Notes under the pieces: generated by a model | Told to the model about the DNA's origin: nothing | Databases searched by the model: none | The model's input: only the letters and a program-made list of their open reading frames with translations | Assembly (NCBI RefSeq): GCF_964204645.1 | Contig: NC_134029.1 | Coordinates: forward strand, 8,086,850 to 8,150,849 | Length of the DNA stretch: 64,000 bases | Direction: 5' to 3' | Origin: Tubulanus polymorphus | Lineage: Eukaryota; Animalia; Nemertea | Translations under genes and position numbers: made by a program | Shown: piece by piece, positions 1 to 11,400 of the stretch | Position numbering within the stretch: the stretch's first letter is position 1 | How the letters are laid out: each line of letters begins with the position of its first letter

Positions 1-88
1 GGCTCCGACAAACAGCCATAAACAGGAAACAGTAATAAAAACTCATATAATACCTTAGCAGTTGGGATGAGTAAACAAAACTTATATA

Positions 89-413
89 AGGCTCATTATA
101 GGGGGAAAAAAAGCTTAGCGCTTTTATCATATTACTGTAATATAAGTAATTCAAGTAATATAAATGTTAATGAAATTTTTTTCAACTACTATCCATTACA
201 TCTTATTACTTCATATTACTGTAGATTACTATGAGTTACATCTTATTACTAGACATTACTCTATAGGCCTATTACTATTGGTTACATTATTATGGATAGC
301 TGTTAGTTACTTAGGTAAGATATTTGGAACAGATTAGGCCTTCATTACTCATATTAATTATATTACAGTAATATGACAAAAGTGCTAAGCTTTTTTCCCC
401 CTATATTGAGCCT
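89..413. mobile_element. MITE-like element with ~60-bp terminal inverted repeats
   Basis: Left arm AGGCTCATTATAGGGGGAAAAAAAGCTTAGCGCTTTTATCATATTACTGTAATATAA is the near reverse complement of the right arm TTATATTACAGTAATATGACAAAAGTGCTAAGCTTTTTTCCCCCTATATTGAGCCT. The interior is built from TACATCTTATTACT-like repeats. No ORF. Confidence 0.75.
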
Positions 414-421
414 CAGGTGAC

Positions 422-1155
422 CAGAGATGAGAATTCCCCGCGGATCCGCGGTTTCCCGCGGATTTCAGTATTGAAAAATATCAATTTTCCAAATAGTCCA
501 AAAATGATGTAAAAATATGGGGGGGGGGTGATGATCTCACTCAATTGGTCCGGCGCGATCGGTAATCAGGTGAACCGTAAAAGCGTTCAGTGCCTGTTTT
601 ACTTATCGTCACGTAAAAGTATCGCATTTCAATGCATATTCATTGCAACACAGTGATTTTGTATGTACATTTGTACTACGATGAGTTTGTATGTATTTTA
701 TCGATCGGTTGCAGACACGCACGCACAGCAACAGTAGTAACGTATATAGGTCTACTTACTGTTGCTGCGTGTGTGTGGCGAACGCTTTCGGATATTATAC
801 ACTACTTGGTGATGATTTTTAGTGAGCATTCATCGGCGCATTTTTACTGCAATAATTCAGGGCTCGACCCGTAATGCATGAGATGCTGAATGTCATCAAA
901 TGAGGATGTACCACATTGGAACTAGCCATTACCTTCCAAAATATAATAGTCGTTCATGGGTTCGAGATCGCTCTAAGTGCTCGGAAAACGTATTTAATTT
1001 CTAAAATTTTCTTGGGGGAGGGCCCCCAAACCCCCCAGAAATAGCTTCGCGCCTTCGGCGCTCGCTAGTGCTGACGGCGTAGCCGTCAGCTGGTTCGCGT
1101 ATGTCACTCAAGAAAAATAACCCGCGGATTTTACAGGTCGGCGTTCTCATCCCTG
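422..1155. mobile_element. Non-autonomous hAT-like element with a 6-bp target-site duplication
   Basis: TIRs CAGAGATGAGAA / TTCTCATCCCTG (11/12 match), subterminal CCCGCGGAT repeats at both ends, and GGTGAC directly flanking both sides (416-421 and 1156-1161). Confidence 0.7.
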
Positions 1156-1405
1156 GGTGACAAAACTAGCACTAAAACAACAAGGGGTACTATAGTACCC
1201 ACCTGTGCAGTCCTACGGTGTTTGATTTGGTCGTAGCCAATGTTTAGTTTATTTCCCAGTAACACCTTTTTGGATTGTTAGTAAATAGAAATTAAAAAAG
1301 TATGCGTTATAGAATTGGAAGATTGATGAACCAATACCGGGTATCGTCCGATACCAGATATCGCCTGCCAGAATTGATTATGTATTTCTGGAACATCTCT
1401 TCCAG

Positions 1406-3430
1406 GTGCTTCGGTTAAAGAACGAAAACAATTGGAACAACATATCTACGCGTACAGAAAAGCTAGGCTCTACGCAGAGGAAAGGGTTAATCAACTTATA
1501 CAAGAATTAAGTAATAAACAGGTAGGTTATGCGCCGTCAATGCTATGAATAGTTGGCTTTAAATGTCTGCAATAAGGACTAAGATTGTTACGTACTTAAG
1601 TGGACTAGGACTTATCCTAATCTACATGTATGAAGAAGTGAAACTAATGGTTAAATGTTGAAATATTGAGAATTTCTATTCATTATTCATTATTTTCATT
1701 TTGGATGTCATTCTAAATTTAGTTTGGTATAAAGTCTTTGAATTTTGAATGTTGTTTATTAGGATTGCTCCCAATTAGCCCAGCCCTTTGTCAATTCTCT
1801 TTACTTTCATAAGAATATTCAGTTGTCAGTTGTGTTTTTTTAGGTTGAAAATGAGAAGTTGAAAGAAATAATCAATACATCAGGGAAGACTTGTAACACG
1901 AGTACGGAACTTATACGAAAAAGAGGTATGTGTTCGGCCTAAAACTTATCATCGGTCATCATGCTATCGGGTTATGCTCCGAAACTTAGGAATATTTCTA
2001 ATCTAATGGAATACACATCTTTAGATTCACAGCATTTCAAAAGACACTTAATAAGTCAATTGTTCCAGGCACATTCCGTCCTGTGGAGCGCATAAGAACT
2101 GTTTCTATAGGATTTTTGCACTTAAGAAATGCATTTATTTATTTATTTATTGGGTTTAGAAACTGACTTGGATTTTTAGGCTAAAAAGCATTGCATTATA
2201 TCAATTGGTGAATTTAAAGTTTCTACTTGCTTACAGTTGGAAGATGGGATCGAAGGAATAGTCAAGAAGGAGGCGTTTCCGAATTTCACGAGGAACACAT
2301 AACTCCTCAGTCGTTGCGGAAATGCCACGCGACGTTGACCGGTCAGCAACAAAGTCCGTCTGCCGCCGCCACCGCGAGAACGGGCGTAAATAATAGTCAG
2401 AATAATTCACAATGTGCTAGTCGACGTGATAGTATTGACGATCAAATATCGGACACCGTCAATAGCGGTGGAAAACTTGAAGTTACGGATACGAATGGGG
2501 ATGTTATACAAGGTATTCGAAATTAATGACGATCTAAAATGACATTCCCAAATCGGTCATTCCTGGATATAATGGAGTTCTGAAAGGACGAAATTTCAAA
2601 TTTTGAGGAAGCGTCCGCGTCACTTACATCATATCTCAATTGAAATAATCCTCAATTTAAATGGCTACCAGTTAACCATATTAGATCTCATTAGTGCAGA
2701 TTTTTAGTGCTGGTGCATTTATGATGTTTTATTTATCTACTTTTAGCTGTAGCGGAAGTACACAGTGCAAAACCGTCTTCTGCTGGTTATCACAATCCTA
2801 CATTTATCAACGACAAGGAAGTCGTATTATCTGCTGTTAACCTCGATAACTACATATGTACAGGTAGGGAAAATACCAAGTGTTGATTGAAAAAACCCTG
2901 CCAAAAAACACCAGGACCCTGTTCCATAGTCAGTCACCGATTAAGTCTTTCAGTTGAAATTAGTTGGTTTATGGTTAAACATGAAGTCAAATCTCAATGA
3001 TTGCGAAACAACTTCTACTATTCAGGGAGGCATTTTAGTTGGTGTGCGCCGTGTGCTATCCCCTTTTAGCCTGGTTAGCACGAGACAGCCTAAAAATCTA
3101 AGGGCATTTTTTTTTCAGGTGATTTAAAAGAAAAAGGAATGGTGCGATCAGCTAGTCAGGCGTCGTTCGAACCATCTTTCTACGAAGCGTTTAGTCCGGA
3201 AGAGATGGAGGTCATACGTAGAATAGCATCTGTACAGAAACACTGTGGGGTACGTTTACGTTTAACCTATCAAAAACATACATTTTGCCATAGTTTTAGC
3301 AGTTCTACATTTTCAGGGGGGGTACATTCTATCTTAAAACATGAAGAGAAATTAAATCCCGCATGAATGTTTTTGTATATTTCAGGATCTGTTGAGAAAA
3401 TATCTTCTCTCTCTGGCAGATACTGCTTAA
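1406..3430 (+). CDS. TMEM266: 3' part of a gene, probably TMEM266 (HVRP1/C15orf27)-like: coiled coil plus cytoplasmic tail; 5' exons lie outside the window
   Basis: Six phase-consistent GT-AG exons: 1406-1521, 1844-1925, 2237-2512, 2747-2863, 3119-3249, 3386-3430 (TAA). The peptide LEQHIYAYRKARLYAEERVNQLIQELSNKQVENEKLKEII aligns without gaps to the post-S4 coiled coil of human TMEM266 as recalled (MEMVIQQYEKAKVIQDEQLERLTQICQEQGFEIRQLRAHL). The exon chain is well supported; the identity rests on this one segment. Confidence 0.55.
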
Positions 3431-5093
3431 CTCTCTCAGACTTGAGTGTCTTAGCATGGCTACTCTCTTTTTAAGTCTTAATCCATCTATCTTTTTTGCA
3501 GGAAGGGGTGCCAATGACATCTTTGTAATGATTTCTCAATATTTTTCCGGAGGTATCGATCTCAAGACGTACATATCTTTCATGGAGTACAGCTGCAACA
3601 TATCTTACAGTTACGTTGATCTGATTTTTAGGCCAATCAAATGGGAAAAACATTTGATGGAGAATCTTAATCATGAAAACAATGATTTTACTTCTCCGGG
3701 CACTTGGATATTCATGTTTATAACATTGATTTTCTCGGCAAATCCAGGATTAGCACCTAGACCCAATTTAAGACTTCATTCAAACCTGATATAAGACTCG
3801 GCCTGGGTACAAACCCCTGTTTTATGTGGCATCACCACATATATATGCAGACCAAATGAAATAAATTTTTCTGTAGCAGTCAATGGCTCAATGAAACGTA
3901 ATTAAAGAAAGTTGCATGATGGTATCAGGTTTGAACCCCTGTTGGGGACTGTGCAACTGATCCAGAGGTAGTTTGCTATCTGTAAAATATCACAATCTTG
4001 AGTATTAGCGCGATGTTCTGAAAACTCAGTTGTTGTTATACATGCATGTTTCTGATCTTATTTTCAACACACTACATAAAGCAGGGATGCAAAAAAAGCA
4101 TTTAGAGTAATATGAAGATCTGAAGATTACACACGAAAATTGTTTGCATTTCCGTTAAACCAGCGTTCGCTGGAGTTAATTTTTGTTTATCAGAATGGGT
4201 GAATGTATTTTATGTGAATGAAAGATCTTTCAGTGAAAAGTGTGTGGTGTTTTGATGATAAAAAATGGACACAAATATATTGTTTCGATAAAAAGGGACA
4301 CTCAGGCACTTTGAAATTTTCTTTTTGCCAATTTGGTTTTATCCATATGCAAGATTGCCCTTTTGGCTAGATTTGGACCCGGCCTTTTAAATCAAGACTA
4401 CGTACCTTTGGACCGATGTATTTGTTAAATGTGTTTAGTGAATTTGTATTCACTATTTTCTTGTACAGTATTCTTGATGAATTAACGACATTTCATACAG
4501 TATGATACCATAGTTTGAAACTCCAGTAGCAATTAATTGAAATACTATAAGCAATAGTATTCGCCTCGTTTGCTTGTTTATTTCTTCTTGAAAAATCATG
4601 TTCACTATGAAAATAATGTGTGCTTTTATAAAGCGTCTCCTCTTTTTGCTTTAAGAACTTATTAGCTTTTTTAGAAAAAAAAAATGTAATATATATGTAT
4701 TATGTAATGAAGATTATTTTTTATGATTATTAATAATGTAAACCCCAGCCACTAATGAGTGTCAGAATATGTGAAACGCAAAACAAATACAATTTGAAAC
4801 AAGGTTTCTTGATGAAAAACCAAGCTATGGTTACAACGTTGGAAGAATTTGGAGATTACTGATTAAGGGTACTCGAATCAGGGTACTTATTCGAGAGGAG
4901 GTTTTCCAGTCTGCAAGTACAACTCAACATGGATGCCTCTGAAGACTTGTTTTGGGTGTGATTTTCCATGTTTTCTGACACGCTTAGGATGGTCTGGGTT
5001 TGATAGGAGGCATTTCCGTCCGAAATGATTAATTATAATGATGTTTAAGAAGTATTGTTGTATATATGTATACTGTGTAGATCACTGTGAATG

Positions 5094-5895
5094 TTTTACT
5101 GAATTATATTTTTCCCAAATTTCTTATCAATCATGAATTAGTCAAATGATTACATTCCGGGACTAAGTTCCACAGTTGTGCATTGAGATTTTACTCAAAA
5201 GCTTTACCAGAACTGGCCTAGCCGATATCATCCTCCCCCCATTAGGGATTCGAACCTGATGGCATCGCTACACTCAGCCACGGCACAAAACCCTGCCTCA
5301 CGAGACCGGGTGCGCAGGTACATACGCAGGTTTGCTGGGAGAAAACATGCAGCACCAGTCAGATTGCCTGTTGTATAATGGCTAAGGCAAATTTCACAGA
5401 TAAACTACGAACAGAAAAACCTGGGCTGAAATAAAATGGGATTTCTGATTGGCTAATCATGAGATTATCTAAGCTGTACATATAGCTGCGTACCCAGTCT
5501 AGTACGGCAGGGTTTCGTACCAGGGCGAGTCTCGATGCCATCAGGTTCAAATCCTTGTTGGAGGATAGCCGATTTTAACTCGAGTGAAAACTTCACTGCA
5601 AACTGTCCAACCAAGTCCAGCCTTGCAATGATAAATTTCCGTCTTTTTTGCCCAGACTCTATCTGGTTTATTAAAACGAATATTTTACCGAATTATATTT
5701 TTTGCAAATTTCTTATCATAATTATGAATTAGTCAAATGATTACATTCCGGGACGAAGTTCCACAGTTGAGTTTAATCAGAGCAAATGAACTTGCCGATT
5801 TAAACTTTTAAATGTAACCGGAAACTGTGGAACGGTTCCCAGCCTTGCAATGATAATTTCCGTCTTTTTTGCCCAGACTCGATCTGGTTTATTAA
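5094..5895 (+). repeat. Local tandem duplication; copy 1 is interrupted by a MITE
   Basis: Block A (TTTTACYGAATTATATTTTT...GATTACATTCCGGGACKAAGTTCCACAGTTG) occurs at ~5094-5180 and ~5683-5769. Block B (CCAGCCTTGCAATGATAA...CCCAGACTC.ATCTGGTTTATTAA) occurs at ~5617-5673 and ~5839-5895. Confidence 0.8.
5230..5567. mobile_element. B-box-TIR MITE family, full copy 1
   Basis: Long imperfect TIRs: TCCTCC...AGGGATTCGAACCTGATGGCATC...CCCTGCC...AGACCGGGTGCGCAG and CTGCGTACCCAGTCT...GGCAGGG...GATGCCATCAGGTTCAAATCCTTG..GGAGGA. Homologous along its length to 31995-32303. Confidence 0.8.
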
Positions 5896-6130
5896 TATTG
5901 TAATTAGTCATATTAGATTTGGATGTCTTTGTATATGTAGCTGTTCATTGCTACGGTTTTATTGTTGTAGTATTAACATACTACTGATATTTCCCCTGCA
6001 ACTCATTACTACTTTTTAACCCAAAAAAGTTCACACGAATAACAGAAACTTTGCCAATTTAATAAGAGTTCCCGTGGTAATATAATTGTACCATGTTTTG
6101 TGTATTGGTGTCAAGAAATTGAACTTCTTT

Positions 6131-6384
6131 CAGGGGCAGATCCAGGGGGCTAGCGAGACTTTTTACAAGTCCATCAAATAATTTTGCGTGCCCTTTTCTA
6201 TTTTGTCAACTAAGATAATTGGTGCATTTCAGTGCGGTAGTACCCCTAATATTGACTTCGTGAACATCGAAGTACCAAGTACCCTTCAGTGCGGCATACA
6301 CATAATATTGTCTTTTTGACATCCAAGCACCGTTTTGGGATGTGACAAGTCCTTCAAAACCACCAGCCTCTGGATCCGCCCCTG
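6131..6384. mobile_element. hAT-like MITE (CAGGGGCRGATCCAG ... CTGGATCCGCCCCTG)
   Basis: 15-bp TIRs with one mismatch; a related 5' end occurs at ~45952. No clear TSD. Confidence 0.65.
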
Positions 6385-7020
6385 TCATTGTTGATGGTCA
6401 ACTGTAAAGGGTCAACACCCAGTTCGACGCTTAACCAGAAAATGTGAAACTCACTGGTTTCATTGAAGTGATAACAATGTGTATCTCATTTTCTTATGAA
6501 TATTGTCACAATTATCAGACCTGTCCCCCTCATTAGGTGAAATACATGTGAAGTAGATGAATACAACTACAGATTTATAAATACTAATGGTTATTAATTT
6601 ACAAGTGCTAAATTTTGAGCTAATAGCATCGTACTAACAAGTGTTTGATGATAAGCTAATTATTTGAATGCGTATATTTTGATGATTGAAGTCATTTGAA
6701 AAAGAAAGTGTTTTTGTTTGTTTGCTCTATCACCATGTTGATGACCTATCGAAATAAAAATAGAGATGACTTCAGTAATGCGATGAGTCAGCCAATGACG
6801 ACTTAAGCTTGACTGTATATTTCAAGACAACAACACCAACAAATTTGTTTGGTTGATTTCTAACAAAATCAATCCATACATTTTCAGAAACGGCTGGCTC
6901 TCTGAAAATTTTTTATTATGAAATCTGTTTTATTTTTTTTAATATGTTCAGTTATTGCGCTATTGGGGAATAGAACTTCAAATTTCTCAATTATTCAATC
7001 TTTTAGGTCTTTATTGATAA

Positions 7021-7098
7021 AGACCCAGTTCCACTTGACGCTAGTAATTAAACCTTGGAAGTCAAATTCAACTTTATAATATCTGTGGAACTGGGTCT
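7021..7098. mobile_element. Short palindromic MITE (CCAGTTCCAC ... GTGGAACTGG family)
   Basis: AGACCCAGTTCCAC / GTGGAACTGGGTCT inverted ends. Same family at 13000-13108, ~5750-5840 and (more diverged) ~46498-46638. Confidence 0.65.
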
Positions 7099-7989
7099 AG
7101 ATTTTTATTATGGACTGTCTTAACATAGCAATTCAAGCAATTCATGGACATCTTATAACCCACTTATGTTTGCATACGAAAGCTGCATTATTTTTTTTTT
7201 TCGTGTTACAAATTCCAAATATAATGGATTAATTGATAAATCACTCATAGCAAGCAGCATGACAAAAAACCTGCATTAGATTATTTGCTCAAATCCTGCA
7301 CTCATCAGGACCAGTGTTAAAATCTGCAAAATTGAAATTTTGAACTGGCCGCTGGTTGCCATGAATTTGAAAAATATCGTCTGTACCTCAGATGATCATC
7401 ATTCCACAATGTTTTTTTTATATTAGAAAAAAACTGTGATCTTTTATAAATAAATCAATGACGTCATACTATGGATTTTCTATCAATTAGTCAAAATCGT
7501 TTGTGACAATGTGTTGAAATCGTAATTTAATTATTCATTTGAATTATCCTGATTTTATTTATTTTATTTCTTTCTTAATGATTTGAAGTGGATGGAGACT
7601 CATGCTGAAGTTTTGTCTGTAAATTGCAAAAACTAATATTATCATGTCTTTAATTCTTAGTTTTAGAGAACAGTGTATTTTTCGTTTAACATGTAAAAGA
7701 TTCTGTATTTATTAGCACTACTGCGTGTTAGTAACATATATCCATAGAACTCAAATCAAATTGTTGATTTGAGTTCTATGATATATCATTAATTTTATCC
7801 CAATTTTTGGGTTCTGTGTATAAAATATACTAAAATAAATTAAAAAAACATTTTTTTCCTAAAAAGAAAATTGTTTAAATTATTGCTGGATTTTGTCGAT
7901 AAAAAGGAAAAGGATTCTGATAAGGAGTTCCAAATCAAGACCAGACAAGGATCGTGAAACGTAAATAAATAAACGCGATCAATAATTTC

Positions 7990-8433
7990 CGACATTTTTC
8001 ATATCATGTGATCGGATGTCGATCATGTGACCACCGCCGTAAATTTATTATCGCGTGTATTGATTTTATAGAAATAGTGCGTCGATTGATGAGTATATGC
8101 GTGCAAATATATGAAAATTCCGTCCGAAAATTACACCGAATTTTAACTAATGACTTATTTCCTCAATAAGTATTAGACTAATCGTGGGTTTTGGATCGTT
8201 TTTTCCATTTCGTTCGGAATAAAAATTCGTCCAATTGGGCGGGCACCTGCTGCTACATAGAAGAATCCAGCGAAAAAGACGAAAAATACCAATTTAAACG
8301 GCCTGAATTCGGAGTCGTGGTAAAGGTTCGAGCCCGTTTCGGTAGCGCTACGTGTCAATTCGATCGTATACTCGACTAATACCGGGGTATTCGGCGCACA
8401 GGTTATGCGCCAGCGTCGCAATTTACCTTCAAA
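7990..8433 (+). promoter_or_regulatory. Putative USP3 promoter and 5' UTR (CpG-rich)
   Basis: Local CpG enrichment just upstream of the ATG at 8434. Two TCATGTGA E-/M-box motifs (8004-8011, 8023-8030) and CCAATTGGGCGGG (CCAAT/GC-box-like) at 8231-8243. Confidence 0.45.
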
Positions 8434-11400
8434 ATGGAATGTCCTCATTTGACGGAAAGCATATGCATTACGACACCCTCCTCTATACCCGATGGAAGCC
8501 CTTCTGATTGGTGTTGTTCAGGTATATGATAGTTATTTTTGCATTGGGTCTAGTGTAATTTATACGTTCGGTTTGATTTTTTCGACACAAATTGATGCAT
8601 GCCGCTGCCAAAATGTTTTGAAAATGGTTCTTCGAATCACGAGGACAGGTCCGATGCAGCGGGCAGTCACTCGGCCCCTGGTCCGGAGGGCACTCGTAAA
8701 CTCAAATCAAGGCCCGCTGCTCAAGCTGGTGGGCCTGTTTCAAATGGGCTGGTTTTAACCTTAAAAAGCTACCAGCCCCGCCCAAAGTTGGGGCTCGCAT
8801 CGCCCGCAGCTTGTAGACACCCTTTCAAACGATTCAGATTGATGCTGGTACCAAACCCCCAGAGACATGCGCATCTAACTCTTGCGCAGTGCTGTTCAAA
8901 TCAGTCGTCTAATTCCCAATCACTCCTTTCTTTATCAAATAAACACATACAATTCACAGTGTGATGATAATTTTTTGTCTTACATTACAAAAATTTGTTG
9001 TAATAAAGTTCTAAATAATTTCTTTGATTTTATTAAGTTGTAAATATTTTCTTAAATGATTCAGCGTGTAAGACAAATCGTAGTCCATGGATGTGTTTGG
9101 CCTGTGGGGTTGTGAACTGCGGTCGGTAAGTAGGCCTACTGGTGCCCATCGATGAATTATCGGCTCAAGTGGCCTAGCTAGATTTGATATTTGAAAAGGG
9201 TACATTCAGTCAATTTAAAGCACAATTTCTAGCTGAAATGGCCCTAGATAGTACGGTATCTGTCAACAACTGGAAACATTTTTTTCTCATTTCAGGTACG
9301 TATCTGCCCATGCTTTACGTCATTATGAGGAGGACCGACAGCATTGTGTGTGCCTCGACTGCCAAACATATGTTGCATTTTGGTAAGTTTCTATGTTGTT
9401 TTCAGGGGCATTTTTTGCATAATAGCTGCATCTTTCAAATCAAACAAGGAGTCCTTAAAACCGTGACTTAAAGTCAGTTCTCTAGACCAAGTTCATAGAT
9501 GGTTAAAATCATTTATTGTCAACCAAAAAGTTATTGGTCTACATTCAAGTTTTTTTGAATGTTTCATGCATGTCTCCAATTGAAATGGCTCGAAGAAATC
9601 ATTGGGTCTGTGAGTTGTCACTTTGTTCCGAAGTTTCTGATTTTTCTGTTAATTTCACCCATTTTTTACAGTTATGCATGTGATGACTTCGTTATAAATG
9701 ATACGTCATCAAATAAAATTGATCAAGTTCGTAAAGTCTTGCAAGATTTAGAAAGGTAGGGTATTCAGAAGCAATTTGTCACGAAAAAAATCTTGGGGAA
9801 AATATACATTAAGGCATTTCGATGTCAAAGGGAAAATAAAGACTGACCCACAGATGCGATACTTTATTTACCCGAAGGATTTTCTTTGTGTGTATTTTGT
9901 AACAGCGCTCACAAGTCAAACAGGGAAAATCAGGACACAAAGAGAAGAAAGACGTCAGTTGTGGAATCTGCTGAATATCACAAGAAGCTCAAAACGGTAG
10001 ATTATTGTTATTATTATTTTACTTGGAACTTGTCACATCCCAAAAGGGCACATTAATGTCCACAAAGGCATTGAAGGAGCACTACAACACTGAAATGTAT
10101 GAATTATCTTTTTGACAAAATAAAAAAGGCACTTTCATGGACTTAAACAAATCTTACAAATCCCCTGGATTCAGAGCCACCCCTGAAAGGCTCTAACTAC
10201 ATAGCATTAATGTATGAATTTTTCTCATGATTTGTTGTACGTCAATCTCATTGTATTGAGGGAGTTTATGAAGGCAGGCTTTCAAACACATACACATGTG
10301 TTGTAAAATCCATTCTATTGTACGTTACAGGACGATGGTGCTACTAAAAAACCCCGGTCATCGGGTCTCCGGAACTTAGGGAATACATGTTTTATGAACG
10401 CAGTTTTACAATCACTCAGGTATCGCGCTCGCCTGACGAGGAACTCGTAAAACGCTCGATTATTTTCTAGCGGCTGAAAAATAATCTATTCACGTCGAAA
10501 TGCGATTTTTTTTAACCTTTTAAGTAACATCCATGAATTCTGTGGTTACATCAAGCAACTTCCTCCAGTCGAAAAACCGCCGAAAAGGAAAGTACGGCAT
10601 ACACGTCGAACGAAAGAAGAGGAAGACTTGTAAGTTCAAATCTTAACTTTTATCTTATTTGGGACAGCAGGCTATTGCATTGCATTCACTTATCTATACA
10701 TTCCTTCATTCATCTGTTGAAATGTACACCCCTCCGACCATAGATGGATCAAGTTATTTTGCAAACGTTTGAAGATGCTTCAATGGATTATCTTGATATT
10801 TGGTTTAACATGTATCTACCCTAAACATATCTGCAGCCCAAAAAACTGGCCCAGGCAAGTATGGTTGACTGGCAGCCATTTTTGTCAGAATTAGCAATTT
10901 TAACACATTTTATGTGTCTCATGGACACCGGTGTTTTTTATGGGAAATTTTGAAGACGCTTCATCAATGATAACTCTGTTAATTCACTATATTGGATATT
11001 GAAATTGTCAGATTTTCAAGCATTTTACCAAGAAGGCACGCTGTCCTTGGACCCCTCGTTTATTCCGTTGAGTACCACTGAGGGCATACTTAGGTAACAG
11101 GAAAGGTCTCGTTATTATTGTTATAGTTTACTGGTGGAGGAACTGAGGAAGACTTTAATAGCTTTGTGGCAGGGAAGTAAGCAAGCTATATCCCCCGATA
11201 ATCTGTTCTCTGTTATATGGAAAGTGGTCCCTCGATTCAGGTATGTCTTAAAACCCAGTGCGATAATTTTTTCCATAAACTTTTTTGTGTATGTTCGATG
11301 TTTTAAAGTATAAATGTAAAAAATAATGGCCAGTTAAGTTATAAAACCCGTGTACATGTCCCTAGCCATAAATTCTTGACTTGTAACACAGTAACAAACC

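Noticed and set aside
8492-8964. 88-aa and 121-aa ORFs near the USP3 start
   Set aside because: They are out of frame with exon 1 or lie in GC-rich intron 1 sequence, with no recognisable protein features.
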